A DNA stretch of 64,000 nt, from NCBI GenBank assembly GCA_964609855.1, contig CAZSTB010000002.1, positions 15,541-79,540 of the forward strand, read 5' to 3'. Shown piece after piece: positions 8,560-18,822 of this stretch. This DNA is from an uncultured Bdellovibrionales bacterium. GTDB taxonomy: Bacteria > Patescibacteriota > Minisyncoccia > Moranbacterales > GWC2-37-73. The translations under genes and the position numbers were made by a program. How positions within the stretch are numbered: the first letter of the stretch is position 1; the number at the start of each line of letters is the position of its first letter. A model generated the notes under the pieces. It saw nothing but the letters and a program-made list of their open reading frames with translations. It searched no databases and was not told the DNA's origin.

Positions 8560-9036
8560 TTAAACTGCATCTCCATTTTCCAAATATGCAACCGTGTTAT
8601 TCTCTAAAGCAAAAAAGCAATGTGGAATCCTTTTTATTTTTCTTGGGCCGAATAATTTCGAGGCTTCTTCCATAGTCACAAATTTGAAATCAAGCAATTC
8701 AGTCTCCTGTAGCCTTATATTGCCAATTTGTTCACTATTCAACATCCCACCAAAAAACACAAACTTCAAATTATCACCTTCAGTAGTTTTACTGTAATCG
8801 AGGCACAGCATTTTCTGGATTTCAATATCTAAACCTATTTCCTCTTTTATCTCACGAATCGCGCCATCCTTTGGGGATTCGCCAGATTCAACAGTTCCGC
8901 CTGGCAAAAGCCATTCGTCTTTATAGTTTGGTTTCACAACCAACATTTTGTTTTCTTCATTCAAAAACAGCACATCTGCCCCCATCGGCTTTTTCGCTAA
9001 ACTATTGTAATAATCCTTTTTTGATAATAATTCCAT
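8560..9036 (-). CDS. NUDIX hydrolase
   Basis: Nudix box GGTVESGESPKDGAIREIKEEIGL is present. Confidence 0.8.
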   Translation of the reverse strand: MELLSKKDYYNSLAKKPMGADVLFLNEENKMLVVKPNYKDEWLLPGGTVESGESPKDGAIREIKEEIGLDIEIQKMLCLDYSKTTEGDNLKFVFFGGMLNSEQIGNIRLQETELLDFKFVTMEEASKLFGPRKIKRIPHCFFALENNTVAYLENGDAV

Positions 9037-9059
9037 AGATTTTATATATTTTATATATT

Positions 9060-9671
9060 TTATATATTTAATTCATCTTCTCTGATGCCAGAATTTTTTT
9101 TCAACCAAAGCTTCAAGGCATCAATTGTTTTATTCCACTGCTCAAAATAATCAGTAACTGTAATTTTTTTATCATTAATATAGCCGTAATATTCCGTGAA
9201 CTTCGTATCATTTGACCCCACATTAAACATTTCATCAACCGCTAAATGATTATTTGCAAGCAAGTCTTTTAATTCTGCACCTTTTTTTCCACTTAAGTTA
9301 CAAAACTGAAGAGGAATGAAACTTTCCTTAACGCTAAGTGGCAAATAAATATTATCTAAGACTTTCCAAATTTTTTCCATTTTTTCTAGATATTGTTTTC
9401 CAAATAATAGGTATTTAGTTGCTATTTCGACATGATTAGAATTTCTAATCAATGTAGCATATTCACCTCTTTCGAATGAGATAAATGAGCATTGCTTTTC
9501 ATCACTTAGCGTAAAACGTAAGCTTTTAATATCGATCAATAGCCCAGCAACTACTTCTAATTGCTTCTCCTTTATTGTTTTTTTTATTCCGTATCGATCA
9601 AAAAGTAATAATGCAATGGATAAGGTTAATAGTGTCGAGATGGCAGAAATTGCATTAAGAAATTCTTGCAT
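9060..9671 (-). CDS. hypothetical membrane-anchored protein
   Basis: N-terminal TM segment with no recognisable family. Confidence 0.4.
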   Translation of the reverse strand: MQEFLNAISAISTLLTLSIALLLFDRYGIKKTIKEKQLEVVAGLLIDIKSLRFTLSDEKQCSFISFERGEYATLIRNSNHVEIATKYLLFGKQYLEKMEKIWKVLDNIYLPLSVKESFIPLQFCNLSGKKGAELKDLLANNHLAVDEMFNVGSNDTKFTEYYGYINDKKITVTDYFEQWNKTIDALKLWLKKNSGIREDELNI

Positions 9672-9943
9672 AAATTATTTTTTATTAATTTTAATTGAAT
9701 TACTATAATAATTACCTTCACACAATTGCAAACTTGAATTTTCTGCATTCCTTTTTGCACCAGGAGCGCGTTTCAAAATTGCAGCGAGAGAGCGTTAAAA
9801 ATTTTCTCAGCAAAAACTCCTTGATGACTTTTTTGCGCGAGGAAATTTAGCGAGCAAGCGCAGTAATTTTGCCAGCGCGAACTTCGTGCGAGAGTTTTCT
9901 TTCCTCCAGGTTTCTTTTGCGGAAAAAGAAATGTGGAATAAAG

Positions 9944-10372
9944 CTACTTGCATTTGCTTTCCGTCCTCCCTTGCCCTATCGCCTCTTCGGCGGTTTTGAA
10001 ACAGACCAAATTTTCAGGTTTCACTCTTTTGGCATAAGAACAGGTTGGTAAATAGAATTTATCCGACGTTCGCGAGCCGACATAGGCGCATTGGGAGGAA
10101 TTAGGATTTAGGTTGTTGTTCTTAGTTTGGGATGCTTGGTTTGCTGCCGTCTTGCTTTCTGGCGCGCCAGGGGTTTCACCTTGGCCTATTGACCCCTGCT
10201 GAGGTGTTTCTAGTGCTTTCTCGATTATAAGGGGCTTTTGCTGCCACTTTTGACCTTGTAGAACGCCAAATTCGTAGGAAATAACTGAAACTAGGCAAAA
10301 ACCGATAATAAGCACTATTTTGTACTCATATTTCAGGAAAAAACCTTTGATTTTGCGGAAGAATTTATGCAT
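9944..10372 (-). CDS. bitopic membrane protein with a C-terminal Ada-like metal-binding (Zn/Cys) domain
   Basis: After an N-terminal TM helix and a low-complexity linker, the tail CAYVGSRTSDKFYLPTCSYAKRVKPENLVCFKTAEEAIGQGRTESKC resembles the Ada N-terminal metal-binding domain pattern (…F..P.C…EN…F…EA…G.R.CK.C). Confidence 0.5.
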   Translation of the reverse strand: MHKFFRKIKGFFLKYEYKIVLIIGFCLVSVISYEFGVLQGQKWQQKPLIIEKALETPQQGSIGQGETPGAPESKTAANQASQTKNNNLNPNSSQCAYVGSRTSDKFYLPTCSYAKRVKPENLVCFKTAEEAIGQGRTESKCK

Positions 10373-10466
10373 AAACCTAGTATATCAAATTCTACAGTTT
10401 TGTCAGTATTTTTTTAAGACTGGATTTCACCCGCTAGAGGATAGGTTTCCGTTAGATTCGTATTAG

Positions 10467-10492
10467 ATCCTGAAACGAGTTCAGGATGACAA
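10467..10492. repeat. solo copy C of the hairpin repeat (ATCCTGAA-ACGAG-TTCAGGAT-GACAA)
   Basis: The stem is identical to element B with a different loop. It lies in the divergent region between the Ada-like gene and rpmA. Confidence 0.45.
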
Positions 10493-10801
10493 AAATGGAC
10501 TAAGTCGATAAAAGCACGAGTTGACATATTTTCCATTTCTGTTAGAATATTCCTTGTAACCGATGGTTTCCAATAATTCAATTGGATGCACTGCGCAAGT
10601 GTATTTTTGCTTAGCCAAGCGAAAACAATTATTATCAAGAAACTTATTTCCCCCGCAGCACTTTCGAAATCTTTCAGTATTTATGGATACTGAATTTTTT
10701 GCAGAAATTGAATGCGGACAAATATTTTAAAATTAATTTTGTCTCAGTAGTCACTGACCAGTTCATTTTGAATTTCGGTTGTTGAATATTGATTATTGAC
10801 T

Positions 10802-11263
10802 ATGGCACATCGTAAAGCCGGTGGGTCTACCCAACTTGGACGAGATTCGATCTCGAAACGACTTGGTGTTAAGATCTTTGGAAATCAGAAAGTAAAAATT
10901 GGAAACATCATCATCCGACAACGTGGAACAAAATATCACCCAGGAGCAAATGTTAAACGTTGCAACGACGATACTTTGATGGCCTTGGTAGATGGAACTG
11001 TTGTTTTCACTTCTAAGAAAGTCAGGAACTTCACAGGACAATTGGTGACTCGTCGATACGTTGGCGTGACCAAATCTGATACACCTGTTGAAATCAAACC
11101 TAAGAAAACCGGAGCTAAGAAAGCTGGAGCAAAACTTAGAGTTAACCTTAAGACTAACGAAGCTGGCAAGAAAAAAGGAGCTTGGAAAGTTGCAAGAAAA
11201 CCTAATATGCGAAAGACTACTCGAAAGCATTTGGTTGCAAGAGAAGCAAAGAAAGCGAAATAG
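10802..11263 (+). CDS. rpmA: ribosomal protein L27 with a ~65-aa Lys/Ala-rich C-terminal extension
   Basis: [31 protein letters not shown]…[15 protein letters not shown] is the L27 core. The track's M at 10796 is a TTG codon; the ATG at 10802 gives the canonical MAH start. The tail is [19 protein letters not shown]…AREAKKAK. Confidence 0.85.
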   Translation: MAHRKAGGSTQLGRDSISKRLGVKIFGNQKVKIGNIIIRQRGTKYHPGANVKRCNDDTLMALVDGTVVFTSKKVRNFTGQLVTRRYVGVTKSDTPVEIKPKKTGAKKAGAKLRVNLKTNEAGKKKGAWKVARKPNMRKTTRKHLVAREAKKAK

Positions 11264-11311
11264 CTTTTTAGGCATTAGCTTCTTAGCTCATTAGGAATAC
11301 GGTATAAAAAA

Positions 11312-11338
11312 GAAACCTCGCAAGGGGTTTCTTTTTTT
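11312..11338 (+). terminator. rho-independent terminator after rpmA (GAAACCTC-GCAA-GGGGTTTC + T7)
   Basis: Seen directly. Confidence 0.6.
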
Positions 11339-11403
11339 GACTATCTAAAAGCATTGGTTTAATATAGTAGTAGTACATTATTTTTGAAAAAATGGAGGCT
11401 TTC

Positions 11404-11832
11404 ATGGAAAAGATGCTTGTGTTGGCTAGTCTGGTTGCATATGTAGTATCGTTAATGTTTTTCCAATTCATGTACTTCATTACCTGGCTTGAAAAGGAAA
11501 TAAAACATGCTGATAAAACACATCCCTGTGAGTCCTGGAAAGTCCCGGCAACAGCGCTTTCGCTAATACTTAACTTGTTCAGTGGAGCATTTCTGATATT
11601 TTTCGCTTCAATGATTCCCCGGCGAATCATTGGCCTGAATCATTCATGGAGGATTATTGCAATTGTCCTGCTGTGGTTCATTTTGGCTGCCATTATTTCG
11701 TGGGTTGCTATAATTATAATGGATAAGGGCAAAATAAAAGCAAGGGAAAGGTGTCAACTCTATCGTGCCATAATTGCCGAAAACGGCTGCAAGAGCGTTA
11801 CGCTGGCCGAATGGCTAAACATAATCTTTTGA
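11404..11832 (+). CDS. small polytopic membrane protein
   Basis: A GGAGG Shine-Dalgarno lies 6 nt before the ATG at 11404, there are 4 hydrophobic segments, and a strong terminator follows. Confidence 0.5.
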   Translation: MEKMLVLASLVAYVVSLMFFQFMYFITWLEKEIKHADKTHPCESWKVPATALSLILNLFSGAFLIFFASMIPRRIIGLNHSWRIIAIVLLWFILAAIISWVAIIIMDKGKIKARERCQLYRAIIAENGCKSVTLAEWLNIIF

Positions 11833-11846
11833 CTTACGTATCAAAT

Positions 11847-11880
11847 AAAACCCCGCCCTGATGAGGACGGGGTTTTTCAT
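11847..11880 (+). terminator. rho-independent terminator (AAAACCCCGCC…GGACGGGGTTTTT)
   Basis: Seen directly. Confidence 0.65.
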
Positions 11881-12013
11881 GCGAGTGAGGATATTTTTAT
11901 CAGAGTGCTTATTTTAACACAATTGCAAAGCAGGTCATTACCAATTGACTTTGAGGGTAAATTTGTCTAATCTGAGGTTAGCTCTTTAAATCAATTTCCA
12001 TAGGAGGATAGTC

Positions 12014-12427
12014 ATGAGAGATCTGTCCGTCACGGTGATAATTTTCGTATTCATGACCTATTTTTGCAATGTAATTGCATATCATAATTCGCGTTACAAA
12101 CTGAATTGGGAATATGATAAGACTAAAGCCGACTTAAAACATCTTTTTCTACTTAATACGATTGCCATTGCGGGCGCATTTGGAGTCTCCTCTGCATTTC
12201 TTACGGTCCAGTTATTCCAAGTTTTTTTCCGAACAACAAATTTTTTTCTACTCTTCCCCTTTTTTATCTCACTTTCTTGTTTGATAATGTTCTTTCTTGC
12301 GCAAGCAGTAAGGCAAGGCTCAGCAAGTGGTCTAGTTCTTGGCGAAAAAAGATTCGAAATGCGACTAATTGAGTTTTTTCGAATTAATCATCATCTTATA
12401 CTAAAAAAGGGAGGGGGTCATGGATGA
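12014..12427 (+). CDS. small membrane protein
   Basis: A TAGGAGG Shine-Dalgarno precedes the gene, which is hydrophobic throughout. Confidence 0.45.
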   Translation: MRDLSVTVIIFVFMTYFCNVIAYHNSRYKLNWEYDKTKADLKHLFLLNTIAIAGAFGVSSAFLTVQLFQVFFRTTNFFLLFPFFISLSCLIMFFLAQAVRQGSASGLVLGEKRFEMRLIEFFRINHHLILKKGGGHG

Positions 12428-12749
12428 GCTGTTCACTGGTTTGATCTATTTTGTTTTCTTCATTGCTGCATGTTTCGGATGTTACGATTCTGCCTATAAT
12501 TATTACCGGAAAGTCAGAAAAAATGAGAAATGCGGTTGGTATTCATTCTCATTCAACGCCGGATTAGTGGTTTTTCAATTGCTAGGCCTGCTATTATCGG
12601 TAAAATTATCGAAGCTTCTGCTGCCAATACTTGGCACAAGGCATGACTTATTATGGACTATGGTAATGATCGCAATGTTCTTCGTGGCAAGCTCTTTGCT
12701 CTTGATTTTCTTTATCCGCAAAGGAAAAAGGAAGGCATTTGAGAATTAG
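12420..12749 (+). CDS. small membrane protein
   Basis: An AGGGAGGGGG Shine-Dalgarno precedes the gene, which overlaps the previous gene by 8 nt (translational coupling). Confidence 0.45.
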   Translation: MDELFTGLIYFVFFIAACFGCYDSAYNYYRKVRKNEKCGWYSFSFNAGLVVFQLLGLLLSVKLSKLLLPILGTRHDLLWTMVMIAMFFVASSLLLIFFIRKGKRKAFEN

Positions 12750-12853
12750 CCAGATTTTTTCAGTAATCAAAAACAACGCCCCATTCCAACGAATGAGGCG
12801 TTTTTGTTTTATGCAATTAAATAGCTGTGCTATTTTAAAGCTTTTTCGTTAAT

Positions 12854-14497
12854 TTACTTTTTCTCGCTTCTTTCTTTTGAAGCTTTTACGAATTCATAAA
12901 ACAAGGGATGAGATTTGAGCGGAGATGATTTGAATTCAGGATGGAACTGCGCTCCAAGGAAGAATGGATGCTCTGATTTAGGAAGTTCTGCGATTTCCAT
13001 CAGAATTCCATTTGGAGATTTTCCTGAAAACACTAAACCTGCTTTTGAAATACGCTCTACATATTTCGGATTCACTTCGTAGCGATGCCTGTGACGCTCT
13101 GAAATCTTGCTTTTTCCATATGCTTTTCCGGCAATAGTTCCCTTTTCCAAAACTGCATCATATGCGCCAAGTCTCATGCTTCCGCCATAATTTTTTTGTT
13201 CCAAATGCTTTTTCTGCTCCGGCATAATGTCTACGATCGGATGTTTAGTATCCGCATTGATTTCGGTTGTATGAGCCTCCTGAAGACCCAAGACGTTGCG
13301 AGCATATTCAATGACTTGAAGCTGCATACCATAGCAGATTCCAAAATAAGGAATTTTATTTTCTCGACAGAATTGGATGGCTTTAATCTTCCCCTCGATT
13401 CCGCGTCCACCAAATCCTCCGGGTACCAAAATTCCATCATATTCGCCAAGCGTTTCTATTTTTTCAGGCTCTTTCTCGAAGACCTCACTGTTGATCCAAT
13501 CCATTTCAACTTTCGTGCCTATCTTGTAGCTTGCATGCTTGATAGCTTCGATGACGCTTATGTATGCATCTGATAAAACAAAGTCACCTGTCCCGAAATA
13601 TTTTCCCACGATACCTATTTTCACTTCGCCCTTGAGATTTTTTACTCGATGAATAAGATCTTCCCATTCTTTGAGGTCAGATTTTTTCGGCTTCAGTCTG
13701 AGTTTCTTGAGAATGATTTTACTTAGATTATCGCGTTCAAAGTTTGTAATAACTTCATAAACACTTTTGGCATCGGGTGCGCTGATCACACATTCCTCGG
13801 CAACTGAACAGAAGTTTGAAATTTTCTCCTTGCGCTTGGCATCCATCGGCATTTCTGATCGAGCCACAATGATGTCAGGTTGCACCCCGGCAGCATTAAC
13901 CGTTCTCACAGCATGCTGAGTCGGCTTTGTTTTCATTTCTCCAACCATGTTAGGGCATGGAACATAACTCACCATCACTGAAAGCACGTCGTCAGGATTT
14001 TTTATTTTCATCATGCGAATTGCTTCCATGAAAAGAATGTTTTCGTATTCTCCAACAGTTCCGCCAATTTCAATAATACTGATTTCCGATTTCGCCTTAT
14101 TTGAGGCATGCACTATACGGTCTATCACTTCCAGGGGAATATGCGGAACAACCTGAACGCATTTTCCAGCGTATTCTAAGTTTCGTTCGCGATGAATCAC
14201 GGATTCATAAACACGTCCGGTTGTCATGTAGTTGTCGCGTGAAAGCGTAATATCCATGAAACGTTCATAGTTTCCCATATCTTGATCTGTTTCATCTCCA
14301 TCATCCAGCACGAAAACCTCCCCATGTTCAGTTGGATTCATTGTTCCAGCATCAACGTTTACATATGGATCTATCTTAAGCGCCGTCACGTTATATCCTC
14401 GAGCTTTTAGAATAGCTCCGATTGAAGATGTTGTGATTCCTTTTCCAACACCGCTCATCACTCCGCCCATCACAAAAATGTATTTCCTATTTTCCAT
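12854..14497 (-). CDS. pyrG: CTP synthase
   Basis: The N-terminus MENRKYIFVMGGVMSGVGKGITTSS…DPYVNVDAGTMNP is diagnostic, and a GATase domain with GICYGMQ is present. Confidence 0.95.
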   Translation of the reverse strand: MENRKYIFVMGGVMSGVGKGITTSSIGAILKARGYNVTALKIDPYVNVDAGTMNPTEHGEVFVLDDGDETDQDMGNYERFMDITLSRDNYMTTGRVYESVIHRERNLEYAGKCVQVVPHIPLEVIDRIVHASNKAKSEISIIEIGGTVGEYENILFMEAIRMMKIKNPDDVLSVMVSYVPCPNMVGEMKTKPTQHAVRTVNAAGVQPDIIVARSEMPMDAKRKEKISNFCSVAEECVISAPDAKSVYEVITNFERDNLSKIILKKLRLKPKKSDLKEWEDLIHRVKNLKGEVKIGIVGKYFGTGDFVLSDAYISVIEAIKHASYKIGTKVEMDWINSEVFEKEPEKIETLGEYDGILVPGGFGGRGIEGKIKAIQFCRENKIPYFGICYGMQLQVIEYARNVLGLQEAHTTEINADTKHPIVDIMPEQKKHLEQKNYGGSMRLGAYDAVLEKGTIAGKAYGKSKISERHRHRYEVNPKYVERISKAGLVFSGKSPNGILMEIAELPKSEHPFFLGAQFHPEFKSSPLKSHPLFYEFVKASKERSEKK

Positions 14498-14685
14498 ATA
14501 CGTTCATTCAATCCTTTAATCATAAAGCAGCTAAACACTAAGGTTTTTACTCTAATGATCGCATGATTGTATGTTAAATGCTTATATATTTAAATGTGTT
14601 TTTATAACAAAAAGTCGCTAAATGCGACCCCTTATTTGCTATTTCAAAAGATACCAATAATATTATTTTCAGTATACACTCTTTT

Positions 14686-15123
14686 TTATGCTTGTTCAAT
14701 AACCACCGTAATTGAAGCGCTAATTCCAAATTCAAAATTTATTTTAACTTTTCTTTCACCTAATTCTCTGATGTGGTCCGGCGCAAGGGCTTTTTCTGGA
14801 ATAGCGAGACCAAGCTTTCTGATTTCCAAGGAAATATCCTTCGGAGTAATTGAGCCGAATAGTTTCTTATCTTTTGCCCTAGCTTTAATAACAATGCGTT
14901 TTCCATCCACTGCAGTCGCTAATTTTTGAATTTCTTGCTTTTCAAGTGCTATTTGCATCTTCTTTTTGTCCTGATCTTGTTTCACCTTAGCCATCTCGGC
15001 GGGTGTTGCGAGCGTTGCTAATTTGCGCGCCAAAAGAAAATTACGCGCATATCCGTCTGGAACATCCTTTATTTGTCCTCGTTTGGCGACATTTTTCACG
15101 TCTTGCAAAAATATTACTTGCAT
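14686..15123 (-). CDS. rplI: ribosomal protein L9
   Basis: [30 protein letters not shown] is the L9 N-domain. Confidence 0.85.
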   Translation of the reverse strand: MQVIFLQDVKNVAKRGQIKDVPDGYARNFLLARKLATLATPAEMAKVKQDQDKKKMQIALEKQEIQKLATAVDGKRIVIKARAKDKKLFGSITPKDISLEIRKLGLAIPEKALAPDHIRELGERKVKINFEFGISASITVVIEQA

Positions 15124-15213
15124 ATCCTTATTGTGTTTATGTTAAATTATTTTTGGCCCAATCTGCCACTTCATCCAATATTAGACCCATTATAACTCGT
15201 CTTTTGAAGAAAA

Positions 15214-15906
15214 TCAAATAACGCACTTAATCTGTTTTTTTTGACGCAAAAACATATACAAAAATAATGCTTGCGAGGCTAAAGTTTTCATCATTTCCAC
15301 ATCTTCAATGTTGTGGCTTGGAGATTTTTTCTTAATTATAATACATGAAAAAATACCATCAATTGCTTTTGGAGAATTAGTCACGATATATTCATCATTT
15401 TGAAAGAAATTTCTTCCACCCATAAACTCCTTGATGGAGAAATTCATAGGAACATCAGGCAGGCTTTTGATTTCTTTTACTATTTCAAGATTCGGAAGAC
15501 CAATGAAGCGCAGGGTGAACTCGTCGCTTTTCCCAAAAAGCTCGATTGCTCCCATTATGGTATCGTAGATTTCATTTTGCTCTTTCAATGAAAGTTGTGA
15601 ACTTTCCGGATAACCAAGCGCAATATTTTCCAAAATATCCAGCTTGCGGTTAATCTCGCCAATATAGGAATAAGAATGCGTTAAATCTTTCGTCATCTGG
15701 TTTACTTGTCTTTGGATTTTTCCTCTTTCTTTGATATTTCTCTTTAATCGTTTTTCTTGAATCAAAAACAGGATGAACCCCAAAGAACCGAGGATCAAAA
15801 TTACAAATTCCTGCACCTGCACCAAGCTAAATGTCGCTGTTCCGCTGCGAACAAATGATGGTATAAAAACTATAAACGTAAAGATGATAAGATAAATCCA
15901 GTACAC
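15214..15906 (-). CDS. hypothetical membrane protein (2 N-terminal TM helices plus a cytoplasmic domain)
   Basis: ORF with hydrophobic N-terminal segments and no recognisable family. Confidence 0.4.
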   Translation of the reverse strand: MYWIYLIIFTFIVFIPSFVRSGTATFSLVQVQEFVILILGSLGFILFLIQEKRLKRNIKERGKIQRQVNQMTKDLTHSYSYIGEINRKLDILENIALGYPESSQLSLKEQNEIYDTIMGAIELFGKSDEFTLRFIGLPNLEIVKEIKSLPDVPMNFSIKEFMGGRNFFQNDEYIVTNSPKAIDGIFSCIIIKKKSPSHNIEDVEMMKTLASQALFLYMFLRQKKQIKCVI

Positions 15907-16070
15907 GTATATTTTAGCTTAGGTAAATTATAAATGTCGCTTAAATCGTATTTTTAATCAATCTAAAATGTCTTGCGCGTTCCGTTTATTGGTTGGTTAT
16001 TGTTGCATATAAAACCAACAATGTCAATCTTATTCAATTAAAAACCCGCTCAGTAAGCGGGCATCTAAAT

Positions 16071-16943
16071 TTAGATATTTTTGCAGTCTTTCAGATATTC
16101 GCGAAGCTTTTCTCCAATCTCTGGATGCTTAAGTCCCATGTGAATTGTCGCCTTAACAAAATTGAATTTGTCACCAGTATCAAGCCATTCGCCATCCAAA
16201 ACTCTTCCGTGCATCGGTTTTTTATTGTTGAGCATAATTTCAAATGCATCCGCAAGACGAATTTCTCCGGATTTTCCTTCCGACATCGTTTCCAGAACCT
16301 CAAACACTTCCGGTGTAATGATGTATTTACCTACTGCGACCAAGTTTGATGGAGCATCTTCCTGTTTTGGTTTTTCTACCATGCCCTTGATCTCATAAGT
16401 ATTCTCATCCAATTTTTCGCCGTCTATCACCCCGAAAGCGCTGACCTGATTCATCGGAACCTCGCTAAGCCCGATAACTGGGTCACCATATTTTTCAAAA
16501 GTATCCATGAGTTGTTTTGAGGCGGGAATTTTACTGTCATAAAGACAATCTCCAAAAATTACCAAAGCCGGTTCCCCATTCAATAGATGTGCGGCTTGCA
16601 AAAGTGCATGCCCATCACCAAGTGGTTTCGGTTGTCGCACATAAGAAAATTTAGCCAAGCCGGAAATTTTTTGAACTGTTTCAAGCAGATCATGCTTATG
16701 CTTTTCCACTAAGGTATCTTCAAGTTCATATGAAATATCGAAATGGTCTTCGATAGCTCTTTTTCCGCGACCAGTCACGAATATGATTTCTTCAATTCCG
16801 GAAGCCACAGCTTCTTCTACCAAGTATTGAATCACTGGCTTATCAACAATCGGAAGCATTTCTTTAGGTTGCGCTTTAGTAGCTGGTAAAAATCTTGTTC
16901 CAAAACCTGCTACTGGTAATATTGCTTTTCTAATTTTTTGCAT
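16071..16943 (-). CDS. galU: UTP-glucose-1-phosphate uridylyltransferase
   Basis: KAILPVAGFGTRFLPATKAQPKEMLPIVDKPVIQY is diagnostic. Confidence 0.9.
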   Translation of the reverse strand: MQKIRKAILPVAGFGTRFLPATKAQPKEMLPIVDKPVIQYLVEEAVASGIEEIIFVTGRGKRAIEDHFDISYELEDTLVEKHKHDLLETVQKISGLAKFSYVRQPKPLGDGHALLQAAHLLNGEPALVIFGDCLYDSKIPASKQLMDTFEKYGDPVIGLSEVPMNQVSAFGVIDGEKLDENTYEIKGMVEKPKQEDAPSNLVAVGKYIITPEVFEVLETMSEGKSGEIRLADAFEIMLNNKKPMHGRVLDGEWLDTGDKFNFVKATIHMGLKHPEIGEKLREYLKDCKNI

Positions 16944-16961
16944 AAAAAATATTTATTTATA

Positions 16962-17606
16962 TTATAATTCTCCTTGCCACTCCTTTGAAAACCTATTAAT
17001 AAATTCTTCCATGTACCGATGCCTTTCAGCGGCCATTTCCTTCGCTGATTGCGTATTCATATCATCCTTGAGTTTTAATAATTTCTCATGGAAATGATGG
17101 ATTGTTGAATTATCAGTAACGGCATCGTCATAAAATCCATTTACATCCACGTTTTGAATCCATAGAGGAATACCATTAGAACCTCCGAAATTAAAAGTTC
17201 TAGCTATGCCAATTGCTCCCATAGCATCGATATTGTCAGCATCCTGCACTATTTGGATTTCAATCGCTTGCTTTTGCTTGCCTTCCCTTGTGAAACTACG
17301 GTCTTCATGCAACTCAATGCAGCGCAATACAAGTTCAATTTTAGTTGCTGGGAATTTTACCCCCTCAAGAATTTTCCTGGCTGCTGTAAGTGTTTCTTTG
17401 GGATAACAGTATTCACCATTTTCTTTCTTCATTACTCTATGTAAATCGTGTAGTAGAACTGCAGCTTCGATAATCTCCATATCACCACCTTCTCTCAATT
17501 GCAACTTATTTGCAATATTTCTTGTTCTATCCGCATGGTCAAAACCATGATTTGCCTTGTCTTCAGAAAATATTTGTCTAACTTTTTTTTCCAATTCAGC
17601 ATTCAT
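16962..17606 (-). CDS. HD-domain phosphohydrolase
   Basis: The HD motif AAVLLHDLHR is present, together with the upstream His. Confidence 0.7.
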   Translation of the reverse strand: MNAELEKKVRQIFSEDKANHGFDHADRTRNIANKLQLREGGDMEIIEAAVLLHDLHRVMKKENGEYCYPKETLTAARKILEGVKFPATKIELVLRCIELHEDRSFTREGKQKQAIEIQIVQDADNIDAMGAIGIARTFNFGGSNGIPLWIQNVDVNGFYDDAVTDNSTIHHFHEKLLKLKDDMNTQSAKEMAAERHRYMEEFINRFSKEWQGEL

Positions 17607-17607
17607 A

Positions 17608-18405
17608 TTATTGCAATCTTTTTTTACTTCTAATTTTCAGTTCCTCATTGAACTCAATGATTGCCTGATCCAAAATTGGATGAAAATCACGGCTGATGCC
17701 TTTTTCTTTCACAATAATACTTGCCTCCAAAAGCGAGTCTGGCGTTCCAGCATCAAGCCATTCACCTTCGAATAAAGTTACTTCCAATTCTTTCTTTTCC
17801 AAATAGGCTCTGTTCACATCAGTAATTTCAATTTCTCCGCGGTCAGAAGGCTTCATGTTTTTCGCAATTTCCACACACTTATTGTCATAAAGATAGAGCC
17901 CTGTCACTGCGTAGTCACTTATCCATTCGGTAGGTTTTTCAATGATCTCAATCGCAATATTATTTTCATCAAATTTTACTACCCCGAATCTTTCGGGATC
18001 AGAAACTTTTTTGGCAAAAACATGCCCGCCACTTCGGAATTCTTTTATTTGCTTGGCAAAATCATCTTCAAAAATATTATCTCCCAAAATCAAAGCGACG
18101 TTATCATCGCCGATATGGTTCTCACCGAGCGTTAAAGCTTCTGCTAAACCCCTAGGGACAGATTGCACCTCAAATGTGACATGGATGCCATGCTTTTTAA
18201 GTAAAGAACCCAAGAGATTCAAGAATTGACCGGAATGTTCAGGAGCAACAATCATCAAAATATCTTTTACACCTGCCTTAATCAAAGTATTCAAAGGATA
18301 AAAAATCATCTGACGATCATAAACAGGCAGAAGTTGCTTAGAGGTTGTCGCCGTCATTGGAAACAATCTAGTTGCAGTACCTCCAGCTAATACAATTCCT
18401 TTCAT
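17608..18405 (-). CDS. rmlA: glucose-1-phosphate thymidylyltransferase
   Basis: MKGIVLAGGTATRLFPMT…SKQLLPVYDRQMIFYPL is present. Starting at MKGIVLAGG (18405) gives the family N-terminus. Confidence 0.85.
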   Translation of the reverse strand: MKGIVLAGGTATRLFPMTATTSKQLLPVYDRQMIFYPLNTLIKAGVKDILMIVAPEHSGQFLNLLGSLLKKHGIHVTFEVQSVPRGLAEALTLGENHIGDDNVALILGDNIFEDDFAKQIKEFRSGGHVFAKKVSDPERFGVVKFDENNIAIEIIEKPTEWISDYAVTGLYLYDNKCVEIAKNMKPSDRGEIEITDVNRAYLEKKELEVTLFEGEWLDAGTPDSLLEASIIVKEKGISRDFHPILDQAIIEFNEELKIRSKKRLQ

Positions 18406-18449
18406 TTTACGTTTACGAGGTTTACACGTTTGGTCAGTCATAATATTTT

Positions 18450-18722
18450 TTATTGCAAATTTATGCGGGTTAACAAATCATCTATCGATACAAATCTTAA
18501 AGCAGTATTGATTATGATAAAAACAAGTGTACCAATTAATATATCAACTGTATAGTGAGTCACTGGAAAAGCTTCTTCAACAGCAGAAACGAAAACACCG
18601 GCCGTTAGCAATGCGAAAAATATTCTTAATTTTCCAGGCTTCCAATCGAGTATTTTTCGAGTTCTTACCAGTATCTGAAATAAAACTTTTTTCATAAACA
18701 TAATCGTCGCAAAGCGACTCAA
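18450..18722 (-). CDS. small membrane protein (possible)
   Basis: The ORF fills the glyA-rmlA gap and has 2 hydrophobic segments. Confidence 0.3.
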   Translation of the reverse strand: MSRFATIMFMKKVLFQILVRTRKILDWKPGKLRIFFALLTAGVFVSAVEEAFPVTHYTVDILIGTLVFIIINTALRFVSIDDLLTRINLQ

Positions 18723-18822
18723 TAATTTAAAATTTTAAATTTGAAATTTCAAATTCCTTGCTGAATCTCATGCTTTATCTTTTATCACTCACTTATTGTG
18801 ATAAATATTGAGATTTGATTAA

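Noticed and set aside
9869-10051. 60-aa plus-strand ORF in the GC-rich tract
   Set aside because: It is antisense to the Ada-like domain coding region and has no RBS.
10793-11275. 160-aa minus-strand ORF (and the 10936-11169 and 11088-11294 ORFs) overlapping rpmA
   Set aside because: It is antisense to a clearly homologous L27 gene, with no RBS and low-complexity Ser/Phe-rich translation. It is a shadow ORF.
11283-11630. 115-aa minus-strand ORF overlapping the membrane-protein gene at 11404
   Set aside because: It runs through the rpmA terminator, and the plus-strand gene has a GGAGG Shine-Dalgarno plus a terminator. I take it as spurious.
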